The notes: a model not told the origin generated them from the letters alone. Shown: positions 26,648 through 38,473, counted from the whole stretch's first letter. The stretch is 62,860 nucleotides of DNA, filler included, from Globobulimina sp. (GCA_003354225.1; 52 parts of 52 records of this genome joined end to end with filler, not necessarily neighbours in it); one strand, 5' to 3'. Program-made: numbers and translations.

Positions 26648-27758
26648 TATGACGCTGATGATCGAGAATGGATTGCAGCACAAAAGATATTTAAAAATGA
26701 CAATGGTTGGATGGATGGAGGCAGCTCTTATGGCGTTGTCATAAATGGTGGAGGTGCCGCAGTGGTTGGTATTGGTACTCGCGTGCAAGGCACAAATAAT
26801 ATTTTTATGGACAATGTGGAGATATTTGGTATTTATAACGCAGCCGTCGAGAAAATAAAATTCAGTCTTCCAGATGAAGGGACATCGCGAGGGATATTGT
26901 TTGATGTCACAGATTGGATTGCTGTCAGTGACCAAATTGCTGATCGATCAAAAACACAATATATTGGCGATGTGTTTACAGATATTCAATTCGCTGCGAA
27001 TGAGTATGTAACGTCATGGTATTATAGGAATTCGCAATATATTGCACCACAAGAAGTGGAATATGTATTTAATGGCAATTTAAAAGAAAATGGCTATCCA
27101 TTTTTGACCATATTTCCAGAGAATACACAGGAAAATGGCATAAGTGGATGTGGTACAGGTATACACATAAATATATTGCGGGAATAACATGATAAATAAA
27201 TATGTTTGTTACAGATATACAATTGCATTCAAGTAAGGGTGCCATTGGATTAATGGTAAATGGCGCACAAGATTCAGAGTTTGATAACATTCATATTCAT
27301 GATGTATATAATTGGGCTGATTTGGGGTTGGATGTTTGTGGGGAATACGAAGGTCCGCACCTAACCACTGAGGACATTGACATTCAATATGGATATACAG
27401 GGACACGATCACACGGAATGGTCATTGATTGGACGAGTGGTAATTATAAAAATATTATAATTGAAAATGTTGAATCATATAATGGCGAAGCAAATGGTTT
27501 AACAATTTATAAGGAATCATTTGTCAATTTACAAAATATATTAGTTACAAATATCAATGCTGGAACAAAATTGAGCCAACAAATTGTTGACCAATTAGTT
27601 TTACCAAATTTGATACCGAGAGCGTGTGCTGTTGATATCCATTACGAGGATGCGGTAATAAATTATATCGATGGGGACGACATTGATAACATTGTGTTTG
27701 ATAATATTATTGGATTTGAAGTTTGTCAACAATTTGATGAAAAACACAATAATAAGTT
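26648..27758 (+). CDS. right-handed beta-helix (pectin-lyase-like) repeat protein, partial; intron 27159-27214
   Basis: Repeating NIFMDNVEI / FDNIHIHDV / YKNIIIENV / LQNILVTNI rungs; splice gives CGTDIQLHSSKG. Confidence 0.65.
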
Positions 27759-27858
27759 NNNNNNNNNNNNNNNNNNNNNNNNNNNNNNNNNNNNNNNNNN
27801 NNTTAATTAATTAANNNNNNNNNNNNNNNNNNNNNNNNNNNNNNNNNNNNNNNNNNNN

Positions 27859-28969
27859 GATAACGATAATATTCTACGCGAATTGACAAAATGGACTCAA
27901 ATGTTACAATATAAACAAGAAAACATTACAAATGAAATCGACAACACAGTCCATGACAAATTAGCAAATATGACACATGAATTAAACGCAAACAAATGCA
28001 AAATGCATATATATAATAAAGAGATATCACAAAATATATGCAACAATATATTAAACAATGTGATATGTTCAGTGATTATCGACTCAAATAACAGCAGCAT
28101 TCATGCAAAAAAAGAGCAGTTATTATCCGATGAGCGGCGGATAAATTGTACCAAACAAATGATGGACTCACAACTCACAAAAATGAATGGACAAAAACAA
28201 CTGATTGCGAATTTAAACAAAACCATCAAAGATTTATATGGCAAAGTAAAGGAATATGAACATCATATTCATCGATTAACGCTGCAATTAAAACAATTGA
28301 GTTTAATTAATAAAGCCACACAGGAAACGAATACGGATTTCAATGTGCAACAAATACGAAGTTTAAGTGAGACATTGACGGAAAAAGAAATGGAATGTCA
28401 TGAATTGAAAAATGAAATGGAAGCATTGCAGCAATTATTAAAAGAGAATGGGGACAAAGAATTAGAATACAATGCATTATATGATAAATACAAAGCGAAT
28501 AAGATAGAATTGAATGAATACAACAATGCATATAATGTGTTACAAAAAGAATATGAAACAATCAAAAATAAATTGCGAACAGTATCGGCAGCATATTCAG
28601 AGCAGGAAACAAATACTAATTTATTAAAGAATAAGTTTACGCAATTTATCTCTGAATATAATGTACTAAAACAGCAAGAATATAATTGGAAGCTACGCGA
28701 GAATGAATTGAAAGAAAAGTATGAGAGTAATTACGATAAGTTCAACACTTTGAATATGAACTTAAAACACAAGATATTGCATTTGGAGAATACTAAGAAA
28801 TGTTTGGAGAAAGAGAGTGAAGAATATCATGATGTTATTGATCAATATAAGCAGCAATCAAATGATATTAACATGAAATATAATAAAGTAAAATATCAAT
28901 ATGAAAAATTACAAAATCAACAAAATGCATATAAGCCCGATCCCAAACTGCAAGAATATGAGAGCAGAA
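27859..28969 (+). CDS. long coiled-coil protein (partial)
   Basis: Heptad-rich E/K/L/N/Q ORF across the contig. Confidence 0.65.
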
Positions 28970-29376
28970 NNNNNNNNNNNNNNNNNNNNNNNNNNNNNNN
29001 NNNNNNNNNNNNNTTAATTAATTAANNNNNNNNNNNNNNNNNNNNNNNNNNNNNNNNNNNNNNNNNNNNCAAGTGTGCCATGGCACACTTTAATTTTGAG
29101 ACTTGGAGGTAATTTAATATACCTATATGGTATTATGGACGAAACAAAAACATTTATACTTACTTACCCATACTTTAAAAGCAGATGAAATCTATAGAAA
29201 TTGAAAGTAGACATCATTAATGGGATTTCGATAGCAATCCTAACCATTAATGGCATCTACTCAAAACTTCAATAGAATAAGTTGCTTCAGAGGTTCGTTT
29301 CATACTAGGGAGGGACACGACATGAACAATGTTGTAGTGGGAGGAGGTACAAGATAGGGTTTGGAGGAGTGTCGAA

Positions 29377-29828
29377 GTCTGACATACACAATGTAGGGTT
29401 ATAAGAGAAAGGGCATCAGCATACATACTGTAGGGGCTGATTTATTCTGGGGGAGGGGGAGTGAGTAATTTCGGGGGGGCGATTTACAGGGAACAATTAA
29501 AATCAAACAAACAAAATCGCAAATACAGTAGTAGATTAACTATATAATTGGACTCTTTCCAGAAAATCACGAGAATTAAACTCTATCTCTTGTGATTTTG
29601 AGGAATGAGCATCAAATATAAATAGTATTATTTGTATTTTGTGCAGTCTTCTGAAAATGGTAAGCGATTAATTCAACTAAAACTTGCTTGAAACGAGTTA
29701 TGAAGTAAAACTAAAGGTCTGACATACACACAATGTAGGGTCAAAAGACAAAAATAGTAAGCCACGCGGTGCGGTTTTGCTGCAATTGCAATGTAGGGCT
29801 TGATTTATGCTGGGGGTGGGGGAGTGAG
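29377..29828 (+). repeat. imperfect direct repeats in a non-coding contig
   Basis: gtctgacatacac(ac)aatgtagggt and tgtaggg..tgattta..ctggggg.gggggagtgag each occur twice, ~340-360 bp apart. Confidence 0.7.
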
Positions 29829-30512
29829 AGGTTAGTACACTTTGACTTGTTGTATCTTGGGCGGCTTCACAGACACCACACTCCTTGGCACATGTTATAA
29901 AAAATCCTGGCTACGCCCATGCATTTGAAAGCTGATCCGTACCGTACCGGAATTGTTGCAGTGTAGAATCAGCCAACTTTTTCGACAATTTGGCATGCCA
30001 CCATACAATAGGTGTGGTAGGGGGATGGGGGAGCATCCCCATATTGGCCAATCCGCTCAAGAAATAGCTCAACCTGCTCATGGTCCGACCCGACCCCCCT
30101 GCGCAGCGAAAAGTTTCGGAATGACGATTTTTGGCCCAAAATTCTCTATAATCGTATAAATCGCATATATATTTTATTAANNNNNNNNNNNNNNNNNNNN
30201 NNNNNNNNNNNNNNNNNNNNNNNNTTAATTAATTAANNNNNNNNNNNNNNNNNNNNNNNNNNNNNNNNNNNNNNNNNNNNCCTATTTTACATTATTACAT
30301 ATTCATTTTGTTTCATAAACTTATGGGACAAAACAAAAGAAATTGGCATTGTGTTCTATTTGAAATTATATGCATGTATATACCAATAGGTCCATTCGAG
30401 ATGTTTAAAGTTGGCCAATTTGAAGCAAAAGAACAGCATATTTGGACAGAAAAACAACTCCCTCTCTCAACTGCACATTATAAAACCTCTCTCAAGCTGA
30501 ATGGTACAAAAA

Positions 30513-31391
30513 TCACTTCGAATTCATCTCTGTTGCATTCTTTATTTGTTTGAGTGAATCTAGCAATAATGGAAATTTATAAAAATCTTTTAATTCCTCA
30601 TACAATTTATTTGATGACATACTTACATCCTCAGGATTTGGTGCAATATTCGCCCATTGCTGTTTACACTCAAATCTGTTCATTGCATTAATTTTTTTAA
30701 TATCTAATCCAAACGTTTGACCACATGTTTCCCCAAATTCAGCACGAGTCAATGCTTCCAGACCACCACAATTATATATATCATGATACTCATTCTCATA
30801 ATACTCATTTATAAAATATTCCACCGTTTTAACCACACTCCAAATCGCAATAAAATTTCGTTTCTCGTTTTTAAATAATATGACTTCTTTGTTCTTATCG
30901 CTTTTCAACGAATTCACCACAAATTGCACTAATGTTGTTTTTTGTTGATTTGTCGGTCCAAAAATTGCTGAACATCTCAATATCACCAAATTTTTCCAAT
31001 GCATCAACAGATACTTTTCCATCAATAATTTGCTTTTACCGTAATTATTTACGGGATGACACGGTGATTCTTCATTGTATATTGCGTCCATTTTATTTTC
31101 ATTTTGTTTTTCTTCGTTATCATTATTTATTGCATTTGAATGTGATTTTTGACCATCATAGACATGATCTGTTGAGAAAAAGATAAATAATGGATCTTTA
31201 TCAATCTTTTGTTGTTTATAATACGACAGTAATGTTTCAACAAAAACTGTTGAAAAATTTATTTTCATTGTTTTATCTTTATTCTGTTCAGAAAATGCTG
31301 GAGATGTTATAGCGGCGCAATGGATTATAATTTGAGGATGGATGTTGTTTTTAAATATTATATCAACTGCACTTTTAATGGATTTATTATC
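30513..31391 (-). CDS. RmlD/MAT2B-like extended SDR (dTDP-4-dehydrorhamnose reductase family), 5'-partial
   Basis: IIHCAAITSP, FSTDHVYDG, PVNNYGKSK, ILRCSAIFG, IYNCGG. Confidence 0.85.
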   Translation of the reverse strand, partial: DNKSIKSAVDIIFKNNIHPQIIIHCAAITSPAFSEQNKDKTMKINFSTVFVETLLSYYKQQKIDKDPLFIFFSTDHVYDGQKSHSNAINNDNEEKQNENKMDAIYNEESPCHPVNNYGKSKLLMEKYLLMHWKNLVILRCSAIFGPTNQQKTTLVQFVVNSLKSDKNKEVILFKNEKRNFIAIWSVVKTVEYFINEYYENEYHDIYNCGGLEALTRAEFGETCGQTFGLDIKKINAMNRFECKQQWANIAPNPEDVSMSSNKLYEELKDFYKFPLLLDSLKQIKNATEMNSK

Positions 31392-31491
31392 NNNNNNNNN
31401 NNNNNNNNNNNNNNNNNNNNNNNNNNNNNNNNNNNTTAATTAATTAANNNNNNNNNNNNNNNNNNNNNNNNNNNNNNNNNNNNNNNNNNNN

Positions 31492-31669
31492 GCACAGAAT
31501 CATCATCTTGCTCTACATCATCATCTCCCTCAGCCACAGGAGAAGACACCTTTTCAAAAAACTCTCCCTCCCTCAAAGAATCCAAAGCCCTATCCCCATA
31601 AACAAAAATCCCACCCAAAACAAAAACCAACAAAACAACAATCAATCCAATATAAATCCTCTTTGCCAT
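31492..31669 (-). CDS. prokaryotic (DPANN-archaea-like) membrane-anchored protein N-terminus
   Basis: MAKR + hydrophobic signal anchor; purine-rich aggatgtga and a TATA-like element upstream; G-rich codon style unlike host. Confidence 0.5.
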
Positions 31670-31742
31670 TATCTTATTTTCACATCCTGATATTCTTTGA
31701 ACATAATCAAATCAAGAAAACCCAATATATATACCTAACCAA

Positions 31743-32095
31743 TCAACAAGACTCCCAAACATCAATAGCCCCAGCAACACTCTCTATCGTAACACCAGCC
31801 TCCCCAGCAAGCCACCTACCAATATAATCAACCAACTCCGTCTCCCCACCACCCTGCTCAACACAACCATCACCATCCAAATCAGCCCCATGACAATCCG
31901 TCGTCGTCGCATCAGCATCATTACAATCTGTTCCTGTTGCACAATTGTAAGTTGTCTGATTTCCATCTAAATCATTATCAGAACATGTTGGAGTTCCACC
32001 TCCTGAGACTGTATAATCTATTATCCCAATTATTTCATTTCCAGTAACATATGCTCCAAGATTAATTAATTCAGTAGTGTTTCCATTGTTGTTTA
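31743..32095 (-). CDS. archaeal-type secreted protein C-terminus with CxDxDxDG metal-binding motif and dockerin-like end
   Basis: CSDNDLDG..DCNDAD and ADLDGDGCV..ELVDYIGRW..AIDVW; intronless. Confidence 0.6.
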
Positions 32096-32096
32096 G

Positions 32097-32602
32097 AGTT
32101 CTGACGGCAAATCGCATCCATCATTATTCATTTTAGCAGTAACACATGGTATCACAGCACATATATTCAGCGATTTTGGTCCTAAACACATTGTAACCGA
32201 TCCAGACGGTGAACCTTCGAAAACCTTTGTTATCGATCATTTTGATAACGAAAATAATTTGATTTCAATTGATAAAGATCCAAGCAAACAACACGGATTC
32301 TATGACGGTGACTTGATCACAATCGAAGGCATCGAAGCAGAAACAGACCAGAAATTGGATGATGATACGGTATCTATCAAAGAATTAAATAAATTAAAAG
32401 CAATTAAAATTAAACGAAAATATATTCAATTTGAACAAGAAAAAGATGGGAAAACACAAAAACGAACAAAACAAATATTTAACAAATTTATATTAGATTT
32501 ATCAGATACACCATTAGCAAATAAAAAATTAAGTAACTGGAAAACTGGAGGTCTAATAAACCAAATTAAGCCAAAAAAAGAATTAAAATGTCGTTCATTG
32601 TC
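32097..32602 (+). CDS. UBA1: ubiquitin-activating enzyme E1, FCCH region (internal fragment)
   Basis: GITAHIFSDFGPKHIVTDPDGE, HGFYDGD, ELN, GGLINQIKPKKELKCRSL align by eye to UBA1. Confidence 0.85.
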
Positions 32603-33079
32603 NNNNNNNNNNNNNNNNNNNNNNNNNNNNNNNNNNNNNNNNNNNNTTAATTAATTAANNNNNNNNNNNNNNNNNNNNNNNNNNNNNNNNNNNNNNNNNN
32701 NNATCGGAATTGAGCACGCCAAAGGCTGGCAACATTATTCAATTCATAAATCAAAGCCTCATATTTTACTGTTCCGAAGACCAAAACATTCAAACCATAA
32801 AACAGGCAAAGCATTAAAAACGTGGGAGCCACCAAAAGTTGATGCCATACCAAATCAAAAATCTATGCAAATCCTGGATAAAACCAAGTAAATTCATCAA
32901 AACATTGACAGTTTAATATGATTGTACTTTGTTTGGCAATGTTAGCAATTTAGAAATAGGAAATTGATTCTTATGTTTGTGGTGCGCATTTTATAGATAA
33001 TATATAATAGATAGCACACTGTTGCGTGAATATGGTCTATTCTTTTTAATATTTAGTTTTATTGTTTGGATTTCCAGCT

Positions 33080-33355
33080 TCAACTATTTGCCACAACCAA
33101 TAAGATGCAACTGTTACATTCATCTAAACCCTTTGCAAAAAAATATATTGCAAAAAGCATGACACCCCAACCAATTTTAAAGTTTTTCCAATCATAATAT
33201 GTTTGGTTAAACAGACAATTAACACTCCAAAGCCCAATCGGTAGCAATGTACTTGTTAAGTTCCATGGTGCTCTTTCTTGAGTCAATAGTATGAATCCAA
33301 ATTTTGTAAGCTCAAAACATGCGCGTAACTTTGGATAATCAGATATATCAATCAA
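33080..33355 (-). CDS. membrane protein fragment, possibly TMEM8/DUF3522-like
   Basis: Hydrophobic helices ending FFAKGLDE; expected downstream H..WH not found. Confidence 0.35.
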   Translation of the reverse strand: MIDISDYPKLRACFELTKFGFILLTQERAPWNLTSTLLPIGLWSVNCLFNQTYYDWKNFKIGWGVMLFAIYFFAKGLDECNSCILLVVANS

Positions 33356-33587
33356 GTAATATCATTAACAGCGAATATGATGTAATTGCACCACTTCATG
33401 CAATATAAAGTCTTGAGATGGTAATGCTTCACAACTAGTGATACAGCCGTTGTAAGCATTAACACATTACGTTCTGTCTCATTTTTGAACTTTATTAAAG
33501 TTATTAGTTTTCACTTAAACTTAGTAAAAAACTTAACTCCGTACCATTACTCGACAAAACGATAATCGAATTAAACAATTATAAAAT

Positions 33588-33813
33588 ATGTATTCAGTGA
33601 TTTCAGTCGAATATGTGACTTATACAACATCATTAATAATTTTCCCTGTACTGAGTTTATTGTTGATAATTTTACAATTATTTGCAGATAAATATGGGGA
33701 CAAAATTAAAGACAAATCAGCCAAAATATTATTATATGCTGTCTATATCTCGGCATTTTTATGTAGCTGCTTTGGTTTTTCATTGCACGCTGAAACAAAT
33801 CCATTATGGTGTA
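33588..33813 (+). CDS. multi-pass membrane protein N-terminus
   Basis: ATG plus two TM helices. Confidence 0.45.
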
Positions 33814-33986
33814 NNNNNNNNNNNNNNNNNNNNNNNNNNNNNNNNNNNNNNNNNNNNTTAATTAATTAANNNNNNNNNNNNNNNNNNNNNNNNNNNNNNN
33901 NNNNNNNNNNNNNAACAAGTAAGATTTTAATGCGGCGAGGTTAGAATTTTTATCAAGAATTATCGTGGCAATAGCTAAATCAGTCA

Positions 33987-34739
33987 TTATTTTCTATAAT
34001 TATAAACCAATTTTTCTTTTTCCCATGGAAAGAAACCGCACCTCAACCGATGTTTGTTGGAACGTATGGATGCCGGGGAATTGTCAATCATTAAATAGTC
34101 CACTTGTCTGGTCAGAAACGCGTGATCGGCAACCGTGGGCAGAAAACCGGGACATCTGTAGAACAGGGATCTCTGCAGAGTTTCCAACGCGTTTCCATTC
34201 AAAATTCCGGGAAGCAAAAATATGTAAGTTGCATTTTTTCTAATACATCGCATCGAATCACCTCCTTGTTGTAAATCTTGTGCGGTAAGAATGCACATTG
34301 TACCAGAACCGTCGGCTATATGATGGGCAAGCACTGTAAACAGTTCTTCGATGCAATTATCTTTCAGTCCAACCTTACTTCCCATATCGTCCACGAACAC
34401 AACTTGACTTTCCTCGTCTGCCAATGATCCAAATGAGCTAGTCAGTTGTTCGAGTGTAGGTGGTTGTTGGAAAAAAGAAATTTCGCAGTCTGGAGGTAGG
34501 ATTTCTTGACTAATTTCGCGATATATTTTTTGCCATGTATTGTAAAATATGACCACTCTTTTTAGCTTGGGTCTGCTGGGACAAATGCAAGTGGACCAAT
34601 TAGCTAATATGTTTTTGACCAGAGTTGATTTGCCGCTGAAACTCAGACCGAGAACCAAGGCGGAACTTGGGAATGACAAGTAATAATTATTTATTGGTTC
34701 ATACATGTTTACGAACAGAATAAAAAAGTTAACAACCAT
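33987..34739 (-). CDS. Polinton/adintovirus-type DNA packaging ATPase (A32/FtsK-HerA superfamily)
   Basis: Walker A GLSFSGKS, YNTWQKIY, Walker B VVFVDD, ELFT..AHH, TAQDL, R.IRKNATY, YLMIDNSP, HRLRCGFFP. Confidence 0.88.
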   Translation of the reverse strand: MVVNFFILFVNMYEPINNYYLSFPSSALVLGLSFSGKSTLVKNILANWSTCICPSRPKLKRVVIFYNTWQKIYREISQEILPPDCEISFFQQPPTLEQLTSSFGSLADEESQVVFVDDMGSKVGLKDNCIEELFTVLAHHIADGSGTMCILTAQDLQQGGDSMRCIRKNATYIFLLPGILNGNALETLQRSLFYRCPGFLPTVADHAFLTRQVDYLMIDNSPASIRSNKHRLRCGFFPWEKEKLVYNYRK

Positions 34740-34748
34740 AAATTGCTT

Positions 34749-35024
34749 TTATACTCGACGATCGAGGATCATTTTTTCGTACTTTTTACATTTTTGACTC
34801 AACGCTTTATTCTGTAATTTTGTGCAATCGATCCACGGTCCATCCAGTTTAACTGCTGCACTATAATTTTCATCGAACCAATCGATCATGTGTTGATCGC
34901 GCAAAATTTTAGTTCTCCCATTTATCATTTTCATGATAGAGTCAAAGGATTTTCCAGCGCATAAATTATGACCGAAATATAGAGTATAAATCGAACAAAT
35001 GGTTGTGAATTGTGATTGCAATTG
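34749..35024 (-). CDS. adenain-like (Polinton maturation) cysteine protease C-terminal part
   Basis: QLQSQFTTICSIYTLYF..L..GKSFDSI...RDQ.MIDWF matches the Q-x6-C oxyanion/catalytic motif; directly upstream of the packaging ATPase. Confidence 0.68.
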   Translation of the reverse strand, partial: QLQSQFTTICSIYTLYFGHNLCAGKSFDSIMKMINGRTKILRDQHMIDWFDENYSAAVKLDGPWIDCTKLQNKALSQKCKKYEKMILDRRV

Positions 35025-35124
35025 NNNNNNNNNNNNNNNNNNNNNNNNNNNNNNNNNNNNNNNNNNNNTTAATTAATTAANNNNNNNNNNNNNNNNNNNN
35101 NNNNNNNNNNNNNNNNNNNNNNNN

Positions 35125-35709
35125 TTTAATGCTATATTTGCACTTACCAGAAATTGGCAATTTTATGCATTTCGAGTTATTGTAGTTCTTGGAATAATGT
35201 CATTTTTATCTACTTTTTCATTCTTGATCGACGCTACGAGTTTCGGTGATATTTTAGCATATATTTCTACCGTATTATTGGGTGTCATTGCATATATGTT
35301 TATTGTTACGAGTTATTTGCCGCCACTAAAATATTTTACCTTAGTCGATTATTATATATTTTTTACATTCGCATTAGTATTCATCATTGCATGTCAATGC
35401 GCTGTATTTAATGGACTGGCCGCTGATTCAATTGATGTTATAAAAAATATTGATGATGTTTATATCATTGCATTTTTTGCCAATTTGTTATTCTGGTTTC
35501 TTGTGCATATTCTCTTCATTTATTTTGCATGCAAATCGTGGAAAGTAGAAATGGCAAAATTAAATAAATGTAAATTTGAAATTGATGACGAAGCTGTTGA
35601 ATTTTATTTGTTTGGAGATCCAAAAAGTGATGAAAATGTAACTGTAGTGAGTGCTAAAGGGAAAGATGTTTATCTTAAAACAAAATTTGAAGACGCCATT
35701 TGTTCTTGA
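35125..35709 (+). CDS. pentameric ligand-gated ion channel (Cys-loop/pLGIC family) TM domain, 5'-partial
   Basis: Pre-M1 LTRNWQFY, M2 ISTVLL..IAY, M2-M3 loop YLPPLKYFTLVDYY, M4. Confidence 0.85.
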   Translation, partial: FNAIFALTRNWQFYAFRVIVVLGIMSFLSTFSFLIDATSFGDILAYISTVLLGVIAYMFIVTSYLPPLKYFTLVDYYIFFTFALVFIIACQCAVFNGLAADSIDVIKNIDDVYIIAFFANLLFWFLVHILFIYFACKSWKVEMAKLNKCKFEIDDEAVEFYLFGDPKSDENVTVVSAKGKDVYLKTKFEDAICS

Positions 35710-36029
35710 AGGTGGGGTGATTTTTTGTTGTTTCTGATTCTGAATATAAGTCGCGTCAGTCGTCAGACCTGTTTTTGAGATATAACTTACCGATGCCAGT
35801 GACTAGCTTACTTCGTTAAAATCTTAAAATCAATTTTAGTTTTGAACATTTGTCGTTTGTGAGGTGATAACAATAATAATAAGTGCAAGGATATTTTTTG
35901 GATTAAAAAAAAACGTTTGTTATGAACTTTGCGGTCCACAGACCACAGCAAGTTTATTAAACAAATAATAAATTTTAAAAAAACCAAGACAACCCCAAAA
36001 AAATTGCTATATCGTGTCATAATCATAAA

Positions 36030-36235
36030 TTAATTGCCTCCCAACAATCTGTCAACTGCCGCTTGAACATTGCCTCCCGTTGCAACAAGTGCTTGTAGAT
36101 TTGCATCGGCATCGGTGAATCCCATCGAATTCAATTGCGATAATTGATCCCTGTATAAAATGGCTGGTTGAACTTGTGCTTGTTGTTGTTGTTGTTGCGG
36201 TTGTCGTTGTTGCCCCATTGCACCATACATATACG
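36030..36235 (-). CDS. ubiquilin/Dsk2 C-terminal UBA domain
   Basis: [38 protein letters not shown]. Confidence 0.9.
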
Positions 36236-37750
36236 NNNNNNNNNNNNNNNNNNNNNNNNNNNNNNNNNNNNNNNNNNNNTTAATTAATTAANNNNNNNNN
36301 NNNNNNNNNNNNNNNNNNNNNNNNNNNNNNNNNNNGATCCCAAAAAAGTCTACATTTATATTATTCCCAGTCATGATGTTTACTCTCTCCCAATAAACCA
36401 TCATTTATTAAATGTTTCTTAGTAGGATTTTCCCCAATTGAATGAATGTTTTTCCCTACGTGTGCTTGAATACCTTTTTAGCCATTTGGGAGGTGCAACC
36501 TAACAAAAAACAAAACCCCAGAGTTCCTTCCATTCTTGTTGTTGTATGTACAGAATGAATGTTAATAATATTTTTAATCCGAATGAATTATGACTGTATG
36601 GTATTGTATGTAGTACTGTATAACACATGTGCGAAAGAACTACATTCAATTTTGAATCCCCCTGTTCAGGTATCATTCCAAACACATCAAACATCATTTT
36701 GGGCAATTGTCAAGCACCAGGTTGGTCAAATTTGGGCAAGAAACCGCCTGGCATTCCGTCAGAGTAGTTAAAGATCTATTGCTTGCAAAATACCCTATAA
36801 GAAAATGTCATGGTATATCTAAAGGGTGGTACATTGTTTTCCCATTTAGTACTGCATTGTTCTGGGTGTTATTATGCATATTTGGGTTCACACAAATCGA
36901 ATAACAATGTGTTACGTAAACGACGGTGTTTTTGTGCGTGCACTGTGCCTATAAACTATTACGCGTCGACTCTTATTGGGGAGGGCAACCTGTTTAGTTG
37001 TAAAACTTTACTATCGATCTTATGTGTTATTGGCTCGCTCATTCATTCATTTACTCGTGCGTACTATATTGCCATCAGATTAGATCAATGCATTGAGTTA
37101 TGTTTCCTAAATGTCTAACAGCAGCCTAAAAATCGTATAGTTGCCTCCTTGCTGGACAATATTCTAAAATCTAGTAAACTAGTTTTGTGTATTATTACAC
37201 ATCCGCAATCAAGTTTCTATTTCGTTCGCTATTTGCATCTAAATATGCCCTCCAATATCAAAGCAACTAGGCACGCACTTTTTCCTATCTTTCCCATCAT
37301 GCACACACACCGTGTACACTGACACAGTACTTTTTGGTTTCAATCAATTTATGCATTTAATTCCATCAAGAGGGATATGACAGGGGAGGGATTACATATT
37401 CATGCAATTCTACAATAATATTACAGTATCTACCATCATAGTCCATNNNNNNNNNNNNNNNNNNNNNNNNNNNNNNNNNNNNNNNNNNNNTTAATTAATT
37501 AANNNNNNNNNNNNNNNNNNNNNNNNNNNNNNNNNNNNNNNNNNNNCATTTCTTGAATATAAGTCCGATTTGGTTATTATTATTTTATAATAAACCAATC
37601 ATTCAGAGTTTAGTTTTTCAGCCAATCGTTGGGACTCGTCCCGTTAAATCATTAAACTAAAAACAGAATTATTGGATCGAAACTTTTTGATCAACGACTC
37701 ACTGAAGCTAAGATAATATATTTAAAATAGAAACGAAGTGTGTGTCGCAA

Positions 37751-38473
37751 TTAAACATTTGATGCAATGGCATCATTTAAATTTTTAGAAAAATCACCAG
37801 CAGCGTTTGTTACAGGATATTCTTTGCTACATTTATCATAATCAATTTCCAAAAATTCACATAAATCTTTCATTGTTTCATATTTTTCAATTTTGTCTAA
37901 ATTAATTACCATCAATTTATCCATTATTTTATTTTTATGAAAATATTCAATAACATTTTCATTATGATTATCAAACCAATTGACACAAAACTCTTTATCA
38001 CAATCTTCATATATTGATGAACCCACGCCATATTTTGTAATTATATCATAATGTAATCGAAATGACGGTATTTCAATCATTGGGGCTTGCCACATTGGTT
38101 GAATATTTTGTTGAATACTTTTAAACCATTTATGTTTATCACGTAATGTTAAAATAACTTTTGCATTTGATGAATATTCAAATATATATTTCCAAAAATT
38201 ACATGATGGGTTATCAACAGCAGCGTTATAACCATTTGCTTTGTAAAAATCATCCCAATGGATTGTGGACAAGTCAATATTTTTTGTCAATGTGTTGTTC
38301 CAAAATGACGCTGTGTTGTTTTGGTTATAGCTATCAATGAGCACCAAACCATGATAACAATTATAACCTAAACTGTCTAATGCTGTTCGTAAACTGTTGG
38401 TACCTGTTCTGTGAACACCTGCGCCGATTACTTTTAAACCCTTGTGCATCATTTGATTTTTTGCGTCAACCAA
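37751..38473 (-). CDS. sulfotransferase-like P-loop protein (Sulfotransfer_4 family)
   Basis: LKVIGAGVHRTGTNSLRTALDSLGYNCYH, AVDNP, AKVILTLRD..KWFKS, LCEFL, YPVTN. Confidence 0.88.
   Translation of the reverse strand: MVDAKNQMMHKGLKVIGAGVHRTGTNSLRTALDSLGYNCYHGLVLIDSYNQNNTASFWNNTLTKNIDLSTIHWDDFYKANGYNAAVDNPSCNFWKYIFEYSSNAKVILTLRDKHKWFKSIQQNIQPMWQAPMIEIPSFRLHYDIITKYGVGSSIYEDCDKEFCVNWFDNHNENVIEYFHKNKIMDKLMVINLDKIEKYETMKDLCEFLEIDYDKCSKEYPVTNAAGDFSKNLNDAIASNV

Noticed and set aside
31492-32602. Archaeal ubiquitin E1 operon or horizontal transfer
   Set aside because: UBA1 is an internal fragment on the opposite strand with different composition; a chimera is more parsimonious.
34749-35024. ORF as C-terminus of protein-primed PolB
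   Set aside because: No KxKG motif or PYGY end; the QSxxxxxC.xY pattern fits an adenain-like protease better.
36336-37446. Short overlapping ORFs in this contig (likewise 24226-25336, 29070-30180, 41180-43500)
   Set aside because: No motifs or coding-like composition; treated as non-coding.
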